The translations under genes and the position numbers were made by a program. This document shows, piece by piece, positions 56,855 to 64,000 of a DNA stretch of 64,000 nt. Position 1 is the stretch's first letter. Each line of letters begins with the position of its first letter. Below the pieces are notes generated by a model that did no database searches, was not told the DNA's origin, and saw only the letters and a list, made by a program, of their open reading frames with translations. This stretch comes from Caecitellus pseudoparvulus (taxonomy: Eukaryota; Protista; Bigyra: Bicosoecida). Location of the stretch: positions 558,001-622,000 of the forward strand of contig CBFFRQ010000030.1 of NCBI GenBank assembly GCA_965644315.1. The letters run 5' to 3'.

Positions 56855-57714
56855 ATGGCGGCACAGCCCAGGCTTGTGCTGGGCCGGCCGGCTGCCGTTG
56901 CACTGCCCAGCGAAACCAGCGCCGAGCAACGCGTCAAGGGCCTGTACGCGCTGGACAATGCCCAGCGCTCCCCTTCCACTGATCACACAAAGGAGTGTGA
57001 GGTGTCTGAGCAGGACATCTCCCGCAGCAGGGCAGTGCAAGCCGCCATCGCCGTGAGCTGGCTGATGCGCAGCAAATTCCGCTGCCTGCGTGAAACCTTC
57101 CCCGGGCCTCCCTGCTCAGGGAATTCCAATCCGCGCCCACGGCAAGCCAGTTCCAGGCGACGAGCATGGCATTGAATCCAAGGCTGGCGTGGACGCCCCA
57201 CCAGGCTCGCTGTTCCACCGCACTGGCGTGCACGTTGCCAGCCTGCCAGATGCGGCGTTGCCGGGTGGGTCACATGCCCCCTCGACACGCAGCTAGCGCT
57301 GCACTGCACACGTTCTGCTGCGCAGAGTTCAAACCGCACTACCAGTACACGGTAACGGGGCGTATGCGCAAGAAGAATGCGCCTGACCGGCCAAAGGTGG
57401 GCTCCAATGCCACTGTGAACGGCTCACGTCTGGCGCTGTTTCGGCACGGCGACCAGGTTTTCGCCACGGACGCAGCCTGCCCCCACCAGGGCGGGGACCT
57501 GGCTGCCGGGGACATCGAAGACCTGGATGGCTCCCTCTGTGTCAGCTGCCCTGTGCATGGCTTCTCCTTTGACCTGCAGCGCGGCGGCGTGTCGGTGGTG
57601 CCCTGTGGCACCTACCAGCTGCGTGTGTTCCCCACAAAGGTGGATGCAGAGGGCGTGCTGTCCGTGGCACTGCCTGGCGGCATGCACCCTGCGATGTTTG
57701 ATGAAGATTTCTAA
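56855..57714 (+). CDS. Rieske [2Fe-2S] ferredoxin domain protein (RFESD-like)
   Basis: CPHQGG...CPVHGFSFDL Rieske ligands. Three-exon model MAAQPRLV...AAIA|GIPIRAH...ALP|EFKPHY. Confidence 0.8.
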
Positions 57715-57816
57715 CTGGCTGCCTCTGTTGCCATACCAATGTACATGACTGCGCCGCTTGCTTGGGTGTGAGGCCGCAGCAAAAACACAGCATCACTCCG
57801 CAGGGCAAGCAGGATC

Positions 57817-57821
57817 AAAAA
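57817..57821 (-). terminator. Pol III terminator (T5) of the 5S gene
   Basis: TTTTT lies immediately downstream of the 5S 3' end on the minus strand. Confidence 0.75.
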
Positions 57822-57823
57822 GA

Positions 57824-57942
57824 ATCAGCAGTACTCGGGATTCCCGTGTAGTCCCCTACCACAGTACTAACCGAGCTCGGCCCAGCTTGGCTTCCGGGTG
57901 CGGAATGGATCCGGGCATATCCTGGGCGATGTGACCGCTGCT
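57824..57942 (-). rRNA. 5S ribosomal RNA (single copy)
   Basis: Reverse complement AGCAGCGGTCACATCGCCCAGGATATGCCCGGATCCATTCCGCACCCGGAAGCCAAGCTGGGCCGAGCTCGGTTAGTACTGTGGTAGGGGACTACACGGGAATCCCGAGTACTGCTGAT is 119 nt. It has the conserved GAAGCNAAGC, GGTTAGTACT and GGGAAT blocks, and all five helices can pair. Confidence 0.92.
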
Positions 57943-57964
57943 GAGAAGAGGGGCACCAGCAACG

Positions 57965-57971
57965 TATATAA
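57965..57971 (-). promoter_or_regulatory. TATA-like element upstream of 5S rDNA
   Basis: TTATATA at about -23 to -29 from the 5S start, rare in this GC-rich sequence. Confidence 0.55.
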
Positions 57972-58200
57972 GCTACAAGTAGTGTCCTCATCTACCACTC
58001 AGAGCAGTGGGCGAAGTGCTTGCTGCCACCACTTTCCAGAAGCACCGCATCCCTGCGAGACTCACCACACAGCAAATGACCAGGTAAATTGAACTCACTT
58101 CCATGCGCGTGATTCAACACTGCTTCAGCCCTGTGCTGCTTGGGCAGCGACAGGAGCAGACTCAAAACTTGTGCGGCGCCGCTGCAAAGCAAGAGCCCGC

Positions 58201-60660
58201 ATGCCGTCCCGAGGCAAGGCGGTGCAGGTGCCCTCCATGGATCCACCACGGCGGTTCCACTTGCTGTCCAGTACCAACACAGCCCCTGCTTCCCTGCGAC
58301 CCGTCCGCACCTCAGCGGCAGCCTTCACAGCACAAAGGCCTGCAAGCCGAAACGCGGGCGCAACGCCACCACTGCTTCCTGCGCGTTCCGGAGCACCTGT
58401 GGCTCCACACAGTGTGATGCGACTGTCACCTGGGTCCTTGGATGGTGTCGTCTCACTGTCACCCTCTGACGAGCCTGTTTCCCCCTTGTCCCCTCTGGGC
58501 GCAGTGGGCAACAGCAGGTCTCGGCTGCGAGGCTTGCGCAACCTCGGCAACACGTGCTACATGAACGCGGTGCTGACGGCGCTCATGGGCCTGCCAGCGT
58601 TTGTGCGAAGCGTGCTGAGTCCGCTGTGGGGCGAGCAGGGCTCCTCGAACAGCGCCTCCGCGTCTCCAGGCACGACTTTGGGCGGCGCCAAGCGAGGCCG
58701 CGAGCCCTCCACTGCAGGCCTCCTGCCCACCCTGCGCCAGCTCATGCAGTGCCACCTGTCGCAGCTTGCGCGCAGCGCCACACAGGGGCCCATCGCCGCC
58801 ACGGCTGCTGCGCTGTCCCCAGATGCCGTGCGCCGTGCCCTGCCAGACACCGACGTGCAGTTCACGGCTTGGCAGCAGCAGGACGCACACGAGTTCTTGG
58901 TGGCTCTGCTGGGGCAGCTGCACAGCGAGTGTGCTGCACGGGCGAAGGGCTTGGCTGAGTATGCACTCGCAATGGCCGCGGCAGTTGACACGCGCCCCAG
59001 CGCATCTATTTCCGGCGTGAACCCGCAGACAGGTGGGACATTCCCGCGCTACCCACCAGGTACAGCTGCTTCTGTGGCCAGTCACCCGAGCACAGCCAGC
59101 CAGGTGGAAGCTGCGGTGAATCCCGTGAATGGCACCTTTGGCTTTGCACTGCGCCAGCAGGTCGTGTGTGCTAACCCCGCCTGTCGGTACACCCGCTGCC
59201 ACGACGCAAGTCACTTCGATCTACCCCTGGACTTCCCGCCCCCTGACGACACTGCGGACCCTGACCCGTCGCCAAGCATGCCGGCGGCGAGTGTGGTTGA
59301 CCTTAATGCTGCAGTTGACGATGCAGCTCCACTGCCCATGGGCTCTGCCAGCGCCCCACCTCCCACACCAACCGCAGCAGGACGGCGCCTCTTTCCCTTG
59401 CCTGAGCTGCTGCAACGCCACTTTCAAGAAGAGACGCTGCAGCTCCGGTGCGAGCGGTGTGGCCACGACAAGGTGCGCAGCAGGTCCTTCCTTGCCTCGC
59501 TGCCCCGCGTGCTGGTGCTGCACCTGAAGCGCTTTGCCGTAGACCCGGTGTCAGGCGTGTGCCGCAAAGTCAACGACCTCGTGCCCTTCCCCGCCACCCT
59601 GGACATGGAGCAGTACTGCTGGAAAGGCCTGCCTCCAGGCACGCAGTGGGCCAGCGAGGCACCCACGTGCCGTGACCCAGGCTCGCTCGCCGTGGTTGGC
59701 GCGCCCCCCCCTCTGGACGTGGGGCAAGATGTGGAAGCGGCGGTGTCTCGTGCCCTGGCCTCCGCCTCGCCTGCACCTCCCCAGGCGCCCAAGCATGACA
59801 CCAGCCCCCCCCGCCCTGGGCAGGCGTCACCTTCCTTCGGCCTGGACGCTGATGCAGACGCGGCCTTTGGCCCTCAGCCGGAGAGTCTGGAGCGCAGAGC
59901 CACGCCCACTGCGAGCAGCTGGGGTTGGGACATTCCCAGCGCCACAGCTGGCGCACGCCGCCCCCCTCTGAGTGCAGGCATGTCCGGTTCTCAGCGCATG
60001 CAGGCGTTCGTGGCGCGCCGGCGAAACAGTGCCGCCAAGCCGCCGTCGTCCCACGCGCCAGGCTGGCGCGGTGCTGTGCCGCGAGATTTAGGGAGTGCTT
60101 TTGCTGCTGCCAGCAAGCGTGGAGCAGGTGGTGGCGGCCTGAAGGGGGGCGGCCGGGAGGGCAAAGTGCCGCACTGCGAGGGGCACGGCGACGTTGGGGT
60201 GGCGCTTGCGCAACGAGCCGCAGAGGCGCCCGCTGATAGTGCCGTGGGTGCAGGCGCAGGTGCAGCAGATGGCGGTGGTGGTGGTGGTGGTTGTGGTGGT
60301 GGTGATCCCTTGCAGCAGGGTGTGCTGTGGGCGGGTGCGCGGCCACGGTACACGTGCCAGGCCATTATCCAGCACGAAGGGCGGGGGGCCAGGGTGGGGC
60401 ACTACACCACCCTCGTCGCTGGGCGGGCCGATGGGCGCATGCAGTGGGGTGCGGGGGCGTGGGAGGGCCCCATCGCGTGGGCGGCAGAGCAAGCGCAGGC
60501 AGGGGGCGGAGGCTGCCACGCGGGGGGAGAGGCATGGTGGCAGTACAACGACTCCACCGTTCGGCGAGCTGCCAAGGCGGAAGTGTTCGGGGATGACACC
60601 ATGTCGGCGGCGTACCTTCTCATGTACGTCCTGGAGGAGCCGTTTGCTGGGAGCGCCTGA
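58201..60660 (+). CDS. Ubiquitin-specific protease (peptidase C19; USP26/29/37-like)
   Basis: Cys box GLRNLGNTCYMNAVL, QQQDAHEFL, LPRVLVLHLKRF, His box HEG...GHYT, WWQYNDSTV, AYLLMY. Start codon uncertain. Confidence 0.88.
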   Translation: MPSRGKAVQVPSMDPPRRFHLLSSTNTAPASLRPVRTSAAAFTAQRPASRNAGATPPLLPARSGAPVAPHSVMRLSPGSLDGVVSLSPSDEPVSPLSPLGAVGNSRSRLRGLRNLGNTCYMNAVLTALMGLPAFVRSVLSPLWGEQGSSNSASASPGTTLGGAKRGREPSTAGLLPTLRQLMQCHLSQLARSATQGPIAATAAALSPDAVRRALPDTDVQFTAWQQQDAHEFLVALLGQLHSECAARAKGLAEYALAMAAAVDTRPSASISGVNPQTGGTFPRYPPGTAASVASHPSTASQVEAAVNPVNGTFGFALRQQVVCANPACRYTRCHDASHFDLPLDFPPPDDTADPDPSPSMPAASVVDLNAAVDDAAPLPMGSASAPPPTPTAAGRRLFPLPELLQRHFQEETLQLRCERCGHDKVRSRSFLASLPRVLVLHLKRFAVDPVSGVCRKVNDLVPFPATLDMEQYCWKGLPPGTQWASEAPTCRDPGSLAVVGAPPPLDVGQDVEAAVSRALASASPAPPQAPKHDTSPPRPGQASPSFGLDADADAAFGPQPESLERRATPTASSWGWDIPSATAGARRPPLSAGMSGSQRMQAFVARRRNSAAKPPSSHAPGWRGAVPRDLGSAFAAASKRGAGGGGLKGGGREGKVPHCEGHGDVGVALAQRAAEAPADSAVGAGAGAADGGGGGGGCGGGDPLQQGVLWAGARPRYTCQAIIQHEGRGARVGHYTTLVAGRADGRMQWGAGAWEGPIAWAAEQAQAGGGGCHAGGEAWWQYNDSTVRRAAKAEVFGDDTMSAAYLLMYVLEEPFAGSA

Positions 60661-61025
60661 AACGCCGCCGCCTCCGCCCACTGCGTCGTGGCGGGGCGGA
60701 AATGCAATGCACCGCCCTAGATACCCTGCGGCCGCCCGCCGGCTACCCCCCAAGCCGGCATTGTCTACGACTTGGCAACATTTGTAACTCTCCCGCTGGA
60801 TGGTCCTTGGGTTGGTACCTGCTGTGCTGGTTGATCGAGTTCATGGTGTCTCTCTGCGTTGGCGATGTCTGCATGCTCCGCGTCCTTTCTTCGACAGTGT
60901 CCCGTTCTACACAGTCCGCGAGTGTCCCGCCGGCGAAGGGGGGTTGGGAGTGCGCGACGTCGCTGATAATCCTCCCCTCAGCTTTTTGCCTGGTGTGACG
61001 ACCAATTTCCGCGCCACTCTCTGCA

Positions 61026-61802
61026 ATGGCTCACGCACCGCTCGTGCAGCGGTGGCTCAACGCCGTGCAGGCATGCAAAGCTAGCAGTATTTGGCTGGAT
61101 GTGGGCAGGGCAGAGTACGGCGCGACGCTCGCCCTGCAGCGTGCTCTGCTGCAGCAGCGCCTGGACGCCGTGGCAGGCAAGCAGGCTGAGCAGCACAGCT
61201 TGCCCGACGTCGTCATCGCCACTGAGCACGCCCCTGCAGTGTACACGCTGGGGCGCACGTCCACAGAAGCCAACCTGTTGTTTGACAGCAGGAAGCCTCC
61301 GCTCCCCGTGCACCGTGTGGAGCGGGGCGGGGAAGTCACGTATCACGGCCCTGGCCAGCTGACTGTGTACCCAGTGCTGAACCTCACTCGCTTCAAGAAA
61401 GACGTCCGGTGGTACGTACATACACTGGAGAGCGTGCTCATCGACACGCTGGCGCACTGGCACCTGCAGGGCACGCGCTTGCCGGGCCTGCCTGGCGTCT
61501 TCCTGTCAACGGCCAATGGTGCGACGCCCAAGGTTGCCCAGGTGGGCATCGCGGCTAGCAAGTGGCACACCATGCATGGCATCGCCCTGAACGTGGCCCC
61601 ACACATGCCACACTTCAAGCACATTGTCCCCTGCGGCATCGCCGAGCACGCGGCCACCAGCATGGCGCAGTGTGTGGCGGCGGGCGCACCCCCCCTCACA
61701 CTCCCAGCGGTGAAGGAACGACTAGCGAGGCACCTTCGCGAGGCACTGGGGTGTGATCTGGAGCACGTGGACCCGGCCGCAGACAGGCGTGGGTGGCTGT
61801 GA
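61026..61802 (+). CDS. lipB: Lipoyl(octanoyl) transferase
   Basis: Motifs EH..VYTLGR, RGGEVTYHGPGQL, KVAQVG, HGIALNV, FKHIVPCGI. Confidence 0.93.
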   Translation: MAHAPLVQRWLNAVQACKASSIWLDVGRAEYGATLALQRALLQQRLDAVAGKQAEQHSLPDVVIATEHAPAVYTLGRTSTEANLLFDSRKPPLPVHRVERGGEVTYHGPGQLTVYPVLNLTRFKKDVRWYVHTLESVLIDTLAHWHLQGTRLPGLPGVFLSTANGATPKVAQVGIAASKWHTMHGIALNVAPHMPHFKHIVPCGIAEHAATSMAQCVAAGAPPLTLPAVKERLARHLREALGCDLEHVDPAADRRGWL

Positions 61803-61814
61803 CACGCTGCTGCA

Positions 61815-62837
61815 TTACTGCCCCTGCTTGGCGGTCCACTGCCGCAGCCACGTGCTTGACTGCAGCGTGTTGTTGCGCCGAGCAATGCAGATGACTTCCA
61901 GGGGGGGCATGCCTGCCGCCGTGCGCTTGTTGTTGATCCACGCCGCGCCAGAGAGTGTCTCGGTGGACACCACGATGGCGGTGAAGGCGGGGTCCGTCGC
62001 CGCCGCGCCACCTGGGTCATCCAGCCGTGCCACGGTGAGGTGCAGGTCAGGCGCGACGCTGGCCAGAAACCCCCGCACAGCGCCCTCACGCTCCTCGTAG
62101 CTCTGCAGCACCTCGGCATGTTTCTTCTTGGACAGCAGGGCGGGGCCCGTCAGGCCGATGTACAGGTGTCCGCTGCCTGCCTCCGTCACCGCCGCCGCAG
62201 TGGCCAGCAGCTTCCGGTGCCCTGCGTGCATGTGGTCGAAGGTGCCGCCCACGGCGACGAGGGAGTGAGCGGGAAGGGGCGCAGAGGCAGCCTCCACCAC
62301 CGTCACGCCACTGTAGTCCTGCGTGGGCACTTGCACCAGCTGTCCAGACCAGGCCGTGGGCAGCCACTGCACCAGCTTCGCGTCGGCAGCATCCACCAAC
62401 ACTGCGTCTGCGGCCTGGGCCACTGCGCCCAGCTCCTGCGCCACGACGGTGCCGCCCAGCGCTGCTCCGGGCACCACTGTGCACTGCAGCATGGGCTTGC
62501 CCACGTCACAGGCTGCCGTGTACGCTTCGTCGTACAGTGCCATCATGTACTTCGCCAGCAGCGCCTGGTCCAGGCTGGTGGGACCTGGTCGCAGCCAGAT
62601 GGTCAACTTCTTCGCCACCTGCTTGCAGCTCTCAAACAGGACTTCATTGTGGTTGAAGGTCGGGGCAGACTCGTTTGCATAGTCAAGAACTAGCACGCCG
62701 TGGTCCAGGGTGGGTGTCGCCGGCTGTGCGGCTGTGGCCGATGCCCAACGCGCTGCTGCTGCACACGCGCAACGCCGGCGTAACGCCGCCGTCACGCCCA
62801 AGGCAGCCCCCGCGCTGAGGGCCAAAGCAGCAGCCAT
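61815..62837 (-). CDS. Phosphopantetheine adenylyltransferase (eukaryotic/archaeal type) with a hydrophobic N-terminus
   Basis: Motifs VGGTFDHMHAGHRKLL, AIVVSTETLSGA..IN..R...G, SSTWLR. Confidence 0.85.
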   Translation of the reverse strand: MAAALALSAGAALGVTAALRRRCACAAAARWASATAAQPATPTLDHGVLVLDYANESAPTFNHNEVLFESCKQVAKKLTIWLRPGPTSLDQALLAKYMMALYDEAYTAACDVGKPMLQCTVVPGAALGGTVVAQELGAVAQAADAVLVDAADAKLVQWLPTAWSGQLVQVPTQDYSGVTVVEAASAPLPAHSLVAVGGTFDHMHAGHRKLLATAAAVTEAGSGHLYIGLTGPALLSKKKHAEVLQSYEEREGAVRGFLASVAPDLHLTVARLDDPGGAAATDPAFTAIVVSTETLSGAAWINNKRTAAGMPPLEVICIARRNNTLQSSTWLRQWTAKQGQ

Positions 62838-62972
62838 CCAAAGCACTCAAAGTGGGTAAATCAACACAAAACACCTTGATACTGGCTCATGTGGTACAGT
62901 GCGCGCTTCTGACTGAGGATTTGCCCACTCCCAGCAATTGTCGCTGCAAATCGAAGGCAGCCTTCGCTTGCC

Positions 62973-64000
62973 ATGGCTGCCGCCGCCGCTACTGGCGCTG
63001 AGGGTGGAAGCAGCAAGGCGCCGAGTGGGGCAGGTGAAACCTGCATCAGCATTCCATCTGCTGGGGGCTACGATAAGCTCCTTGTCGCGCAGGGGGGAGA
63101 AGTGCAATGCGACGCGCTGCTGGCTCCGCAGAACCAGGACAAGCAAGGCGGCGTGGACCGAAGCCGCACGGTGACAGTGCAGATCCACGCTGCAGGGGTG
63201 AACTACGCCGATGTCTGCATTCGATGGGGGTTGTATGCGTCTGCAGCTGAGTACGTCGGCTACCCCATCACGCCTGGTGTGTGTCGCATGCCTGCTCAGC
63301 GATTTCCGCAGCCGCAGCACGCGCCCCCACTCACTCCCTGCTGTCCCCGCCAGGCTTTGAATTTGCGGGGACAGTGCTGAGCACATCACATGCCGATTCA
63401 CCGTTCCACGCTGGGCAGCGTGTGTTTGGCGTGACGTTGTTCGGGGCGTACAGCACCGGCGTCCGCGTGCCGGAGCACCAGCTGTTTGCCATGCCAGATG
63501 GCATGACCATGGCGCAGGGAGCAGCGGTGCTGGCCACGTACTTCACAGCGTACTACGCGTTCCACGAACTGGCCAGACCACCCCCCGGCTCCAGCGTCCT
63601 CATCCACTCGGCAGCCGGCGGGGTGGGGTCCACCCTTGCCCGCCTCGCCCACGCCGCTGGATGCCGTGCAGTGGGTGTCGTGGGTGCGCCCAACAAGGCC
63701 GCCTTCGCCGCCGCAGCGGGCTGTGCGGCGGTCATCACCAAGGCCGCTGCTGCCTCGACGGTGAGTGACTCCGCACAGGCGGGTGCGGCAGGCAAAGCGA
63801 CTGTGCGGCACGCCATAGGCAGCTCAGCGCGCCTGTGGCAGGCAGTGGCGGAGGAGGGGGGTGAGGGGGGGTACCGGGCCATCTTCGACGCCAATGGCGT
63901 GGCCACGTTGTCAGGCAGCTACAGTGCCCTGGCCCCAGCAGGGCGCTTGGTGGTGTATGGATTCCACTCCATGCTGCCGCGGCAGGGGGGGGTGCTGGGC
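62973..64000 (+). CDS. MDR-family NADPH:quinone oxidoreductase / VAT-1-like, runs off the window end
   Basis: AAGVNYADVCIRWGLY...YPITP|GFEFAG (intron about 63277-63353), then VLIHSAAGGVGS and FDANG...GRLVVYGFH. Confidence 0.85.

Noticed and set aside
60269-60303. (GGT)n microsatellite in the USP gene
   Set aside because: An ordinary in-frame poly-Gly tract.
60785-60950. TTGGGTTGG / GGGGTTGGGA as a possible telomerase template or telomeric seed
   Set aside because: Too short, the telomere repeat of the organism is unknown, and no supporting promoter or pseudoknot could be established.
1-64000. Introner-like repeated introns, transposases or integrated viral (virophage/Polinton) genes
   Set aside because: Introns share only splice-site consensus. 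I saw no transposase, integrase, RT, capsid or terminal-repeat signatures.

Overview
GC-rich, very compact eukaryotic DNA with short GT-AG introns (donors mostly GTGCGT/GTGCGC/GTGAG, typically 60-100 nt). Gene content (SF-assemblin, a PGPGxY-repeat protein, a nine-pass cadherin, IF1) points to a flagellated protist, probably a heterotrophic stramenopile (inference). I count about 22 protein-coding genes: a GARP/MYB factor, mitochondrial ATPase inhibitor IF1, a Slo-type K+ channel, an RG-rich C2/EF-hand protein, acyl-CoA dehydrogenase, an SLC12 cotransporter, an RNI-like protein, an LRR multipass receptor, an NHA antiporter, a giant C-type-lectin/cadherin/IPT nine-pass receptor, a DIX-like/ELMO protein, SF-assemblin, two related large basic proteins, a membrane-anchored NEK-like kinase, a Rieske protein, a USP, LipB, PPAT, an MDR oxidoreductase and one unknown. 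There is also a solitary 5S rRNA gene and a candidate intronic H/ACA snoRNA. The most striking items are (i) an LRR receptor whose 28 repeats are a mosaic of shuffled 75-bp modules with hypervariable concave-face residues, and (ii) a neighbouring lectin-cadherin receptor that appears to share the same Cys-rich plus nine-TM C-terminal module. All gene models were spliced by eye and no database searches were run.
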